From: Eledone cirrhosa | Taxonomy: Eukaryota | Assembly (NCBI GenBank): GCA_964016885.1 | Contig: OZ024741.1 | Location: 405,232,001 to 405,296,000 of the forward strand | Length of the DNA: 64,000 nucleotides | Direction of reading: 5' to 3' | Shown: positions 1-15,200 of the stretch, piece after piece | How positions within the stretch are numbered: position 1 is the first letter of the stretch | How the letters are laid out: every line of letters starts with the position of its first letter | Notes under the pieces: generated by a model | Databases searched by the model: none | Told to the model about the DNA's origin: nothing | The model's input: only the letters and a program-made list of their open reading frames with translations | Position numbers and translations under genes: made by a program

Positions 1-1991
1 TGAATTGTGACAAACTTCACAACTATTTTATAATTAATTGTGACAACCTTCACAACTATTTTATAATTAATTGTGACTACCTTCACAACTATTTTATAAT
101 TAGTTTTTACAGCTTTTCACAACTATTTTATAATTAATTGTGACAACCTTCACAACTATTTTATAATTAATTGTGACAACCTTCACAACTATTTTATAAT
201 TAATTTTTACAGATTTTCACAACTATTTTATAATTAATTGTGACAACCTTCACAACTATTTTATAATTAATTTTTACAGATTTTCACGACTATTTTATAA
301 TTAATTGTGACAACGTTCACAACTATTTTATAATTAATTTTTACAGCTTTTCACAACTATTTTATAATGAATTGTGACAACCTTCACAACAATTTTATAA
401 TTAATTTTTACAGCTTTTCACAACTATTTTATAATGAACTGTGACAACCTTCACAACTATTTTATAATGAATTGTGACAACCTTCACAACTATTTTATAA
501 TTAATTTTTTCAGCTTTTCACAACTATTTTATAATGAACTGTGACAACCTTCACAACTATTTTATAATGAATTGTGACCACCTTCACAACTATTTTATAA
601 TTAATTGTGACAACCTTCACAACTATTTTATAATTAATTGTGACAGTCTTCACAACTATTTTATAATTAATTTTTACAGATTTTCACAACTATTTTATAA
701 TTAATTGTGACAACCTTCACAACTATTTTATAATGAATTGTGACAACCTTCACAACTATTTTATAATTAATTTTTACAGCTTTTCACAACTATTTTATAA
801 TTAATTGTGACAACGTTCACAACTATTTTATAATGAATTGTGACAACTTTCACAACTATTTTATAATTAATTTTTACAGCTTTTCACAACTATTTTATAA
901 TTAATTGTGACAACCTTCACAACTATTTTATAATTAATTTTTACAGATTTTCACAACTATTTTATAATTAATTGTGCCAACCTTCACAACTATTTTACAA
1001 TTAATTTTTACAGCTTTTCACAACTATTTTATAATTAATTGTGACAACCTTCACAACTATTTTATAATTAATTTTTACAGCTTTTCACAACTATTTTATA
1101 ATGAATTGTGACAACCTTCACAACTATTTTATAATTAATTTTTACAGATTTTCACAACTATTTTATAATTAATTGTGACAACCTTCACAACTATTTTATA
1201 ATGAATTGTGACAACCTTCACAACTATTTTATAATTAATTTTTACAGCTTTTCACAACTATTTTATAATTAATTGTGACAACCTTCACAACTATTTTATA
1301 ATTAATTGTGACAACCTTCACAACTATTTTATAATTAATTTTTACAGTTTTTCACAACTATTTTATAATTAATTGTGACAACCTTCACAACTATTTCATA
1401 ATTAATTTTTTCAGCTTTTCACAACTATTTTATAATGAACTGTGACAACCTTCACAACTATTTTATAATTAATTTTTACAGCTTTTCACAACTATTTTAT
1501 AATGAATTGTGACAACCTTCACAACTATTTTATAATGAATTGTGACAACCTTCACAACTATTTTATAATGAATTGTGACAACCTTCACAACTATTTTATA
1601 ATTAATTATGACAACCTTCACAACTATTTTATAATTAATTTTTACAGATTTTCACAACTTTTTTATAATTAATTGTGACAACCTTCACAACTATTTTATA
1701 ATTAATTGTGACAACCTTCACAACTATTTTATAATTAATTTTTACAGATTTTCACAACTATTTTATAATTAATTGTGACAACCTTCACAACTATTTTATA
1801 ATTAATTGTGACAACCTTCACAACTATTTTATAATTAATTTTTACAGCTTTTCACAACTATTTTATAATTAATTGTGACAACCTTCACAACTATTTTATA
1901 ATTAATTTTTACAGCTTTTCACAACTATTTTATAATTAATTGTGACAACTTTCACAACTATTTTATAATTAATTTTTACAGCTTTTCACAA
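1..1991. repeat. 33/34-bp AT-rich satellite array (end of upstream copy)
   Basis: Monomer A CACAACTATTTTATAATTAATTGTGACAACCTT (33 bp) is interspersed with monomer B CACAACTATTTTATAATTAATTTTTACAGCTTTT (34 bp). The variant pattern matches 23254-25244. Confidence 0.97.
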
Positions 1992-2085
1992 TAAATGCAA
2001 AAAAATTAAAATTTTTTAATAACTTTCACAATAACTTTCGTAAATGTATCGATGTATTTACATTTCTCAACTGTTAATAATTAAA

Positions 2086-2173
<88 letters not shown>

Positions 2174-2445
2174 ATAAGTTGTAGTGTGCAGGAGAGAAAG
2201 CTGAGATGGTATGGACATGTGATGCGCATGGAGGATGTCCGCTGGGTAAAGAAGTGCCAAGAAATCCCAGTAGAAGGAAGATGCAGAAGAGGTAGACCGC
2301 GTAAAACATGGGCAGAGGTGGTGAGAGCAGACCTCAGATCGCTGAAACTCACCAAGGAGATGACGAAGGACTGTGACAAGTGGAGAGATGCTGTGCTGAA
2401 TATGACCCCTCCAACCCTTGCAAGCAGGGAAAAGCAGACGTATGT

Positions 2446-2482
<37 letters not shown>
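2174..2482 (+). mobile_element. RTE-clade LINE 3' fragment with (GAT)n tail
   Basis: Encodes the RTE C-terminus ERKLRWYGHVMRM...GRPRKTW...KWR, followed by (GAT)n. Confidence 0.88.
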
Positions 2483-2511
2483 ATATATGTATATATATAT
2501 ATATATATATA

Positions 2512-5500
2512 CTAGCATTAAAGCCCGGCGTTACTCGGGGTCAGTAAGTTACCAATGTTAGGTTGCACCACCCATTTTATGGCAGCACTCTTTTGTCTGC
2601 CAGGCACTGGGTGAATGAATTGCAGACCTGGACTGCTGAAGCAGGAGCTGCGCCAGCAGTGACAATTGTAGTTTTGCCTATGAATATTATCTCTGCGCAA
2701 AGAAGTGTTGAGATTTATTGTTTCACAGTACATGCGCAACACGCGCGGAGACGATGCCAGCCGAACAACAGAGCTGCGATGGAGTTGTTCTGCATGACAT
2801 GTTTTAACGGGGGAGGGGGTGGATTGAGGGAACCACAAACAGGGGCCTGAAAACATTGTCGAATTATGACAACCAAAAAAGAGGAAGACGGGTCATTGTA
2901 TGGTTGGTGCATCATGTACGTCGGACGTAGAAGATGAGCCTGCTGCTGTGCCGACGGAGGGAGGGAAATAGAGCTGAGCGGAGGCCAGGTGTTGGCGAAG
3001 TGTGAAGTAATTGCAGGGAACCGCCTAAAAATGTAAATCCCGTCATTAAAGCATTGTTCATCCTTTGAGAGTCGTACGGAGGTGAAATACTAACCTGTCC
3101 ACGGTCCTCAGAGGCCCACCAAATGGGGGTTGGTGAGGAACAACAGCTGATATTTGAGTAGGGTCGGAGTTGCAATGAAGTTTGTAACGCCACGAGAATC
3201 AGCCTTTGTACGGCAGATGGTGGGGAGTGTCCAGTACACTGCAGTGAAAGTTAACCTACTTAGAAAGTACTGACGAAAAGGCAAAAAATTAAAAAATTAA
3301 AAGTTATAAAATTAGGAATCAAGGTAATCCTATAAAACCTTGTACACAATCTTTTTTGTTTTTCCTTGCGGAACGAACGCGAAATCATCACTCTTGCTGC
3401 CGACACGCGAGCAGCCAACGTAAAGCTGACCATGAGAGAAACACGGCTCCCCCAATGTATTCCCGCGACAGACAGTGTTTGTCCTTGCGCTTTGTTAATT
3501 GACATTGCGAAGCATGGCCTGATCGGGAACTGGGACCTCCGTGAAAGGTAGGTCTGCTCCTGATGGGAAAAGATGCACCTCGGTATGAGCACAACCTTGC
3601 CCCGACCGCACCCTGTGATTATCGTGGCCTCAATCAGATTGGGAGCTAAGGACTTAACGACCAAACGTGTGCCATTGCATTGTTTCGGCGGAACCAAATT
3701 TTGAATGAGCATTATAAGGGCACCAACTTTAAGTTTCAAAAGGTGTGGGGGTAATGCGGGGGCTCAAAGGAATTTAGTACCTCTATTGGATAGTTGATGA
3801 CGTCCTCGGGGTCAGGAGTTCAATCGATAGACTTATATACGTAGGAATGAGTTTTAGCATTTGATCATTAATATGGTTAACAGTTTTATTCCTCGGGGCC
3901 AGAATAGCCCTTTGGGAAAGCCAATCCATATTCTGATAATTTGCTTGGAGATCTGGGAACACTGCATCCCTAAGATCAGAAGGCGTACTAACAACGGTAC
4001 AAAGTGAGTCGATGGCAATATTACCCTTTTCATCCCCGGGTGTTTTGCCTTCGCCAAGTGCAAGGAGGGTGTGAGAAAATGCTGCTGATGCGATATCACC
4101 TTGCATATGAGCACGCATGTTAGTGTGAAGTTTCAGAGTCTTCACCAGGGGTCACAATGCGGATGACTTAAGACACGCACGTACTGCATCAGCTCTAGTC
4201 CACTTGGGAATAACAGGAAATGTTTGCCTGAAGTCCCCTGAAAGAAGAAGTGTTATGCCTCCCATGGGTGCCGTAGAGTCTTTGATGTCTCTCAGAGTTC
4301 TATCTAGCGCCTCAAGAGCACCTCTGTGGGCCATCGTGCATTCGTCCCAAACGATAAGCTTGCATCGTCTGAACACTTCTGCCTGATCGGAGCTCTTACT
4401 GATGTTGCAAGTGGGTGTCTCAGTCTTCGCTAAGTCAAGCGGAAGCTTGAAATAGGAGTGAGCTGTCCTGCCGCCCGGCAACAAAGTAGCCGCAATTCCA
4501 GATGATGCCACAGCTAAGGCAATGCCTTCTGTTCGCCTAATCTCAGCTAATATTAATTTGGTGACAAAAGTTTTCCCATTCCCCCCAGGAGCGTCCAGGA
4601 AAAAAAATCCCCCCCCCCCCAGCTTTTCCCCGGACAGAATTAAAAACGGAGTTGTAAGCGAATTTCTGTTCTGGAAGGAGCTTTGGCTCATTCTCCGCTA
4701 TGTACTGGGCAAGCTCGTCAACATTATAAGATGTCTCACGCAGCAAATCCGAAGACAGAGTGTTTGCGCCTTCCCGGTTTGTTGAAGGTAGGCCATACAC
4801 AGCCAACGCACTACCGCCCATATCGAGAACAGTATCTTCGATTTCAAGCAGCGCCCTGTTGTAAATGAGGTCACTGTACCCGACCTCCATCGATGGGTTT
4901 AGCAACTGAGCGTGACGCAGGAAATCTTCAGACATGTAATCTTTGTAGCTAAGCCATAAAGAGGCCGGATCACCCAAGTCGCACCATAGGAGTAGAATAG
5001 CGAAAAGCGATCTTAGTCTTTTAGGAGATTTCAACAAAACGCCCTCTGCCATAGTGGCGCCACATTGTGAATCATCCTCCAAAGGCCACGCCTAAAGCAG
5101 GCTTCCCGGAAAGTATCACATAATTCACCGTCAACAGTTCTTATGTCTCGAAAGCTTTGTGGGCCAAAAATCTTATGGGCGAGAAGGCGCAGGTGAAAAC
5201 ACTCATGCTGGTTGGGAGGTACAGTGTACACTCTTCCTAGACAGCTGTCAAACTTGACACCAAGATGTCCTTCAACATCCTGACCTGACTTCCTACGCAC
5301 CCAAGTGTTGTTTGACCACACGTAGTAGGACGGGACCTGAGGATATGAAAGTGTTTTTGCAAATGTGTCAAGTTGGCAAAGCGTAAAAAACCAGTCAAAG
5401 TTGTTTCTTTTGGATTGGCCGCCAAATGAGCAGCAGTCTGTTCAGTAAAGTAAGCCCGCTGGCCGTTTTACAAATGAACCGCTAGTTGTATGATGGCGGG

Positions 5501-6250
5501 GTGCCTTTGGTGAAGTGGAAATCCGAATATCCGCCAAAAAGCTTCACCACTGCTGATATATCGACCTGCCAAGTACTCCGAGACCTCGTCCCTGTTATTG
5601 TCGTTTTGAAGGCCGAACATGGCAGCGTCGGAACCCTTGTTAACATATTTACATATGAACTTTATCGACTTCACTGAATGACAGAACTCCACATTTATAT
5701 GAGCGTTGAAAGTTTTCATCAGAAATGGACAGTAAGGGACCACCCACCTATTATCAACTTGATGACCCCGTAACGTCATAGTGAATCCACCGTTCTCAGG
5801 CCGCCTTCGTCTGTACAGTGGGTATCCGTCGCCACCGGTCTGGGTTTCCTCAACAAACCTCTTTGGGTATCGTTTAGTGCACACATGGTCCTTGTGGCAT
5901 GAGGAGAACTCTTGAAAACCGGGACCGCACGGACTGTGCACCATGTGTGCCTTCACAATGTCGTACAGCTGCCGGTCAACCACGGGTTCCGGTATTTCCG
6001 CTGCGATGACGTCATATATAACTGTAGGGTCTATTTTGGTGACCAACCAAACCAAAATGTGCGCGTGTGGAAACCCTCTCTTCTGCCACATGTGGCACCT
6101 AACAGACCCGAAAACCTTCCCTTTTTTTATTAGATCAATTAGCTTAGCCAGCTTCTGCCTGAAACCCCTGGCAATAATATCATGCCGATTGCAGTACTGC
6201 TGCCCTGGGATAAGTTCCCGCGTAACCTCAACCCACTTGGGGTTACACGT
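2512..6250 (-). mobile_element. Helitron 3' part (5'-truncated duplicate of 25765-29503)
   Basis: 3' CTAG at 2512-2515 with a CCCG...CGGG hairpin just upstream. PIF1 motifs GGNGKT, WDEC, GDFRQ and INKAQGQTL, and Rep motif QKRGFPHAHIL are present. Cut at 6250 by the satellite. Confidence 0.95.
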
Positions 6251-9200
6251 ACTATTTTATAATTAATTTTTACAGCTTTTCACAACTATTTTATAAATAA
6301 TTGTGACAACCTTCACAACTATTTCATAATTAATTTGTACAGCTTTTCACATCTATTTTATAATTAATTGTGACAACCTTCACAACTATTTTATAATTAA
6401 TTTTTACAGCTTTTCACAACTATTTTATATTAATTGTGACAACCTTCACAACTATTTTATAATTAATTTTTACAGCTTTTCACAACTATTTTATAATTAA
6501 TTGTGACAACCTTCACAACTATTTCATAATTAATTTTTTCAGCTTTTCACAACTATTTTATAATGAACTGTGACAACCTTCACAACTATTTTATAATTAA
6601 TTTTTACAGCTTTTCACAACTATTTAATAATGAATTGTGACAACCTTCACAACTATTTTATAATGAATTGTGACAACCTTCACAACTATTTTATAATGAA
6701 TTGTGACAACCTTCACAACAATTTTATAATTAATTTTTACAGCTTTTCACAACTATTTCATAATTAATTGTGACAACCTTCACAACTATTTTATAATGAA
6801 TTGTGACAACCTTCACAACTATTTTATAATGAATTGTGACAACCTTCACAACTATTTTATAATTAATTTTTACAGATTTTCACAACTATTTTATAATTAA
6901 TTGTGACAACCTTCACAACTATTTTATAATGAATTGTGACAACCTTCACAACTATTTTATAATTAATTTTTAAAGATTTTCACAACTATTTTATAATTAA
7001 TTGTGACAACCTTCACAACTATTTTATAATGAATTGTGACAACCTTCACAACTATTTTATAATTAATTTTTACAGCTTTTCACAACTATTTTATAATTAA
7101 TTGTGACAACCTTCACAACTATTTTATAATTAATTGTGACAACCTTCACAACTATTTTATAAATAATTTTTACAGCTTTTCACAACTATTTTATATTAAT
7201 TGTGACAACCTTCACAACTATTTTATAATTGATTTTTACAGCTTTTCACAACTATTTTATAATTAATTGTGACAACCTTCACAACTATTTCATAAATAAT
7301 TTTTTCAGCTTTTCACAACTATTTTATAATGAATTGTGACAACCTTCACAACTATTTTATAATGAATTGTGACAACCTTCACAACTATTTTATAATGAAT
7401 TGTGACAACCTTCACAACTATTTTATAATTAATTTTTACAGCTTTTCACAACTATTTCATAATTAATTGTGACGACCTTCACAACTATTTTATACTGAAT
7501 GGTGACAATCTTCACAACTATTTTATAATGAATTGTGACAACCTTCACAACTATTTTATAATTAATTTTTACAGCTTTTCACAACTATTTTATAATTAAT
7601 TGTGACAACCTTCACAACTATTTTATAATTAATTGTGACAACCTTCACAACTATTTTATAATTAATTTTTACAGATTTTCACAACTATTTTATAATTAAT
7701 TGTGACAACCTTCACAACTATTTTATAATTAATTTTTACAGCTTTTCACAACTATTTTATAATGAATTGTGACAACCTTCACAACAATTTTATAATTAAT
7801 TTTTACAGCTTTTCACAACTATTTTATAATTAATTGTGACAACCTTCACAACTATTTTATAATTAATTTTTTCAGCTTTTCACAACTATTTTATAATGAA
7901 CTGTGACAACCGTCACAACTATTTTATAATGAATTGTGACAACCTTCAAAACTATTTTATAATTAATTGTGACAACCTTCACAACTATTTTATAATTAAT
8001 TGTGACAGTCTTCACAACTATTTTATAATTAATTTTTACAGATTTTCACAACTATTTTATAATTAATTGTGACAACCTTCACAACTATTTTATAATTAAT
8101 CTTTACAGATTTTCACAACTATTTTATAATTAATTGTGACAACCTTCACAACTATTTTATAATGAATTGTGACAACCTTCACAACTATTTTATAATTAAT
8201 TTTTACAGCTTTTCACAACTATTTTATAATTAATTGTGACAACCTTCACAACTATTTTATAATTAATTGTGACAACCTTCACAACTATTTTATAATTAAT
8301 TTTTACAGATTTTCACAACTATTTTATAATTAATTGTGACAACCTTCACAACTATTTTATAATTAATTTTTACAGCTTTTCACAACTATTTTATAATGAA
8401 TTGTGACAACCTTCACAACTATTTTATAATTAATTTTTACAGATTTTCACAACTATTTTATAATTAATTGTGACAACCTTCACAACTATTTTATAATGAA
8501 TTGTGACAACCTTCACAACTATTTTATAATTAATTTTTACAGATTTTCACAACTATTTTATAATTAATTGTGACAACCTTCACAACTATTTTATAATGAA
8601 TTGTGACAACCTTCACAACTATTTTATAATTAATTTTTACAGCTTTTCACAACTATTTTATAATTAATTGTGACAACCTTCACAACTATTTTATAATTAA
8701 TTGTGACAACCTTCACAACTATTTTATAATTAATTTTTACAGCTTTTCACAACTATTTTATAATTAATTGTGACAACCTTCACAACTATTTCATAATTAA
8801 TTTTTACAGATTTTCACATCTATTTTATAATTAATTGTGACAACCTTCACAACTATTTTATAATTAATTTTTACAGCTTTTCACAACTATTTTATAATTA
8901 ATTGTGACAACCTTCACAACTATTTCATAATTAATTTTTTCAGCTTTTCACAACTATTTTATAATGAATTGTGACAACCTTCACAACTATTTTATAATGA
9001 ATTGTGACAACCTTCACAACTATTTTATAATGAATTGTGACAACCTTCACAACTATTTTATAATTAATTTTTACAGCTTTTCACAACTATTTCATAATTA
9101 ATTGTGACGACCTTCACAACTATTTTATACTGAATGGTGACAACCTTCACAACTATTTTATAATGAATTGTGACAACCTTCACAACTATTTTATAATTAA

Positions 9201-12200
9201 TTTTTACAGCTTTTCACAACTATTTTATAATTAATTGTGACAACCTTCACAACTATTTTATAATTAATTGTGACAACCTTCACAACTATTTTATAATTAA
9301 TTTTTACAGATTTTCACAACTATTTTATAATTAATTGTGACAACCTTCACAACTATTTTATAATTAATTTTTACAGCTTTTCACAACTATTTTATAATGA
9401 ATTGTGACAACCTTCAGAACAATTTTATAATTAATTTTTACAGCTTTTCACAACTATTTTATAATTAATTGTGACAACCTTCACAACTATTTTATAATTA
9501 ATTTTTTCAGCTTTTCACAACTACTTTATAATGAACTGTGACAACCGTCACAACTATTTTATAATGAATTGTGACAACCTTCAAAACTATTTTATAATTA
9601 ATTGTGACAACCTTCACAACTATTTTATAATTAATTGTGACAGTCTTCACAACTATTTTATAATTAATTTTTACAGATTTTCACAACTATTTTATAATTA
9701 ATTGTGACAACCTTCACAACTATTTTATAATTAATCTTTATAGATTTTCACAACTATTTTATAATTAATTGTGACAACCTTCACAACTATTTTATAATGA
9801 ATTGTGACAACCTTCACAACTATTTTATAATTAATTTTTACAGCTTTTCACAACTATTTTATAATTAATTGTGACAACCTTCACAACTATTTTATAATTA
9901 ATTGTGACAACCTTCACAACTATTTTATAATGAATTGTGACAACCATCACAACTATTTTATAATTAATTTTTACAGCTTTTCAAAACTATTTTATAATTA
10001 ATTGTGACAACCTTCACAACTATTTTATAATGAATTGTGACAACCTTCACAACTATTTTATAATTAATTTTTACAGCTTTTCACAACTATTTTATAAATA
10101 ATTGTGACAACCTTCACAACTATTTCATAATTAATTTGTACAGCTTTTCACATCTATTTTATAATTAATTGTGACAACCTTCACAACTATTTTATAATTA
10201 ATTTTTACAGCTTTTCACAACTATTTTATATTAATTGTGACAACCTTCACAACTATTTTATAATTAATTTTTACAGCTTTTCACAACTATTTTATAATTA
10301 ATTGTGACAACCTTCACAACTATTTCATAATTAATTTTTTCAGCTTTTCACAACTATTTTATAATGAACTGTGACAACCTTCACAACTATTTTATAATTA
10401 ATTTTTACAGCTTTTCACAACTATTTAATAATGAATTGTGACAACCTTCACAACTATTTTATAATGAATTGTGACAACCTTCACAACTATTTTATAATGA
10501 ATTGTGACAACCTTCACAACAATTTTATAATTAATTTTTACAGCTTTTCACAACTATTTCATAATTAATTGTGACAACCTTCACAACTATTTTATAATGA
10601 ATTGTGACAACCTTCACAACTATTTTATAATGAATTGTGACAACCTTCACAACTATTTTATAATTAATTTTTACAGCTTTTCACAACTATTTTATAATTA
10701 ATTGTGACAACCTTCACAACTATTTTATAATTAATTGTGACAACCTTCACAACTATTTTATAATTAATTTTTACAGCTTTTCACAACTATTTTATAATGA
10801 ATTGTGACAACCTTCACAACTATTTTATAATTAATTTTTACAGATTTTCACAACTATTTTATAATTAATTGTGACAACCTTCACAACTATTTTATAATGA
10901 ATTGTGACAACCTTCACAACTATTTTATAATTAATTTTTACAGATTTTCACAACTATTTTATAATTAATTGTGACAAGCTTCACAACTATTTTATAATGA
11001 ATTGTGACAACCTTCACAACTATTTTATAATTAATTTTTACAGCTTTTCACAACTATTTTATAATTAATTGTGACAACCTTCACAACTATTTTATAATTA
11101 ATTGTGACAACCTTCACAACTATTTTATAATTAATTTTTACAGCTTTTCACAACTATTTTATAATTAATTGTGACAACCTTCACAACTATTTTATAATTA
11201 ATTTTTACAGCTTTTCACAACTATTTTATATTAATTGTGACAACCTTCACAACTATTTTATAATTGATTTTTACAGCTTTTCACAACTATTTTATAATTA
11301 ATTGTGACAACCTTCACAACTATTTCATAATTAATTTTTTCAGCTTTTCACAACTATTTTATAATGAATTGTGACAACCTTCACAACTATTTTATAATGA
11401 ATTGTGACAACCTTCACAACTATTTTATAATGAATTGTGACAACCTTCACAACTATTTTATAATTAATTTTTACAGCTTTTCACAACTATTTCATAATTA
11501 ATTGTGACAACCTTCACAACTATTTTATAATGAATTGTGACAACCTTCACAATTATTTTATAATGAATTGTGACAACCTTCACAACTATTTTATAATTAA
11601 TTTTTACAGCTTTTCACAACTATTTTATAATTAATTGTGACAACCTTCACAACTATTTTATAATTAATTGTGACAACCTTCACAACTATTTTATAATTAA
11701 TTTTTACAGATTTTCACAACTATTTTATAATTAATTGTGACAACCTTCACAACTATTTTATAATTAATTTTTACAGCTTTTCACAACTATTTTATAATTA
11801 ATTGTGACAACCTTCACAACTATTTTATAATTAATTTTTACAGCTTTTCACAACTATTTTATAATGAATTGTGACAACCTTCACAACTATTTTATAATTA
11901 ATTTTTACAGCTTTTCACAACTATTTTATAATTAATTGTGACAACCTTCACAACTATTTTATAATTAATTGTGACAACCTTCACAACTATTTTATAATTA
12001 ATTGTGACAACCTTCACAACTATTTTTCAATGAATTGTGACAACCTTTACAACTATTTTATAATGAATTGTGACAACCTTCACAACTATTTTATAATGAA
12101 TTGTGACAACCTTCACAACTATTTTATAATGAATTGTGACAACCTTCACAACTATTTTATAATTAATTTTTACAGCTTTTCACAACTATTTCATAATTAA

Positions 12201-15200
12201 TTGTGAAAATCTTCAAAACTATTTTAGAATGAATTGTGACAACCTTCACAACTATTTTATAATGAATTGTGACAACCTTCACAACTATTTTATAATTAAT
12301 TTTTACAGCTTTTCACAACTATTTTATAATTAATTGTGACAACCTTCACAACTATTTTATAATTAATTGTGACAACCTTCACAACTATTTCATAATTAAT
12401 TTTTACAGATTTTCACAACTATTTTATAATTAATTGTGACAACCTTCACAACTATTTTATAATTAATTTTTACAGCTTTTCACAACTATTTTATAATTAA
12501 TTGTGACAACCTTCACAACTATTTTATAATTAATTTTTACAGCTTTTCGCAACTATTTTATAATGAATTGTGACAACCTTCACAACTATTTTATAATTAA
12601 TTTTTACAGCTTTTCACAACTATTTTATAATTAATTGTGACAACCTTCACAACTATTTTATAATTAATTGTGACAACCTTCACAACTATTTTATAATTAA
12701 TTGTGACAACCTGCACAACTATTTTACAATGAATTGTGACAACCTTTACAACTATTTTATAATGAATTGTAACAACCTTCACAACTATTTTATAATTAAT
12801 TATGGCAACCTTCACAACTATTTTATAATTAATTGTGACAACCTTCATAACTATTTTATAATGAATTGTGACGACCTTCACAACTATTTTATAATTAATT
12901 GTGACAACCTTCACAACTATTTTATAATGAATTGTGACAACCTTCACAACTATTTTATAATGAATTGTGACAAACTTCACAACTATTTTATAATTAATTG
13001 TGACAACCTTCACAACTATTTTATAATTAATTTTTACAGCTTTTCACAACTATTTTATAATTAATTGTGACAACCTTCACAACTATTTTATAATTAGTTT
13101 TTACAGCTTTTCACAACTATTTTATAATTAATTGTGACTACCTTCACAACTATTTTATAATTAGTTTTTACAGCTTTTCACAACTATTTTATAATTAATT
13201 GTGACAACCTTCACAACTATTTTATAATTAGTTTTTACAGATTTTCACAACTATTTTATAATTAATTGTGACAACCTTCACAACTATTTTATAATTAATT
13301 TTTACAGATTTTCACGACTATTTTATAATTAATTGTGACAACGTTCACAACTATTTTATAATTAATTTTTACAGCTTTTCACAACTATTTTATAATGAAT
13401 TGTGACAACCTTCACAACTATTTTATAATTAATTTTTACAGATTTTCACAACTATTTTATAATTAATTGTGACAACCTTCACAACTATTTTATAATGAAT
13501 TGTGACAACCTTCACAACTATTTTATAATTAATTTTTACAGCTTTTCACAACTATTTTATAATTAATTGTGACAACCTTCACAACTATTTTATAATTAAT
13601 TGTGACAACCTTCACAACTATTTTATAATTAATTTTTACAGATTTTCACAACTATTTTATAATTAATTGTGACAACCTTCACAACTATTTTATAATTAAT
13701 TTTTACAGCTTTTCACAACTATTTTATAATGAATTGTGACAACCTTCACAACTATTTTATAATTAATTTTTACAGATTTTCACAACTATTTTATAATTAA
13801 TTGTGACAACCTTCACAACTATTTTATAATGAATTGTGACAACCTTCACAACTATTTTATAATTAATTTTTACAGATTTTCACAACTATTTTATAATTAA
13901 TTGTGACAACCTTCACAACTATTTTATAATGAATTGTGACAACCTTCACAACTATTTTATAATTAATTTTTACAGCTTTTCACAACTATTTTATAATTAA
14001 TTGTGACAACCTTCACAACTATTTTATAATTAATTGTGACAACCTTCACAACTATTTTATAATTAATTTTTACAGCTTTTCACAACTATTTTATAATTAA
14101 TTGTGACAACTTTCACAACTATTTTATAATTAATTTTTACAGCTTTTCACAACTATTTTATATTAATTGTGACAACCTTCACAACTATTTTATAATTGAT
14201 TTTTACAGCTTTTCACAACTATTTTATAATTAATTGTGACAACCTTCACAACTATTTCATAATTAATTTTTTCAGCTTTTCACAACTATTTTATAATGAA
14301 TTGTGACAACCTTCACAACTATTTTATAATGAATTGTGACAACCTACACAACTATTTTATAATGAATTGTGACAACCTTCACAACTATTTTATAATTAAT
14401 TTTTACAGCTTTTCACAACTATTTCATAATTAATTGTGACAACCTTCACAACTATTTTATAATGAATTGTGACAACCTTCACAACTATTTTATAATGAAT
14501 TGTGACAACCTTCACAACTATTTTATAATTAATTTTTACAGCTTTTCACAACTATTTTATAATTAATTGTGACAACCTTCACAACTATTTTATAATTAAT
14601 TGTGACAACCTTCACAACTATTTTATAATTAATTTTTACAGATTTTCACAACTATTTTATAATTAATTGTGACAACCTTCACAACTATTTTATAATTAAT
14701 TTTTACAGCTTTTCACAACTATTTTATAATGAATTGTGACAACCTTCACAACAATTTTATAATTAATTTTTACAGCTTTTCACAACTATTTCATAATTAA
14801 TTGTGACAACCTTCACAACTATTTTATAATTAATTTTTTCAGCTTTTCACAACTATTTTATAATGAACTGTGACAACCGTCACAACTATTTTATAATGAA
14901 TTGTGACAACCTTCAAAACTATTTTATAATTAATTGTGAAAACCTTCACAACTATTTTATAATTAATTGTGACAGTCTTCACAACAATTTTATAATGAAT
15001 TGTGACAACCATCACAACTATTTTATAATTAATTTTTACAGCTTTTCACAACTATTTTATAATTAATTGTGACAACCTTCACAACTATTTTATAATGAAT
15101 TGTGACAACCTTCACAACTATTTTATAAATAATTGTGACAACCTTCACAACTATTTCATAATTAATTTGTACAGCTTTTCACATCTATTTTATAATTAAT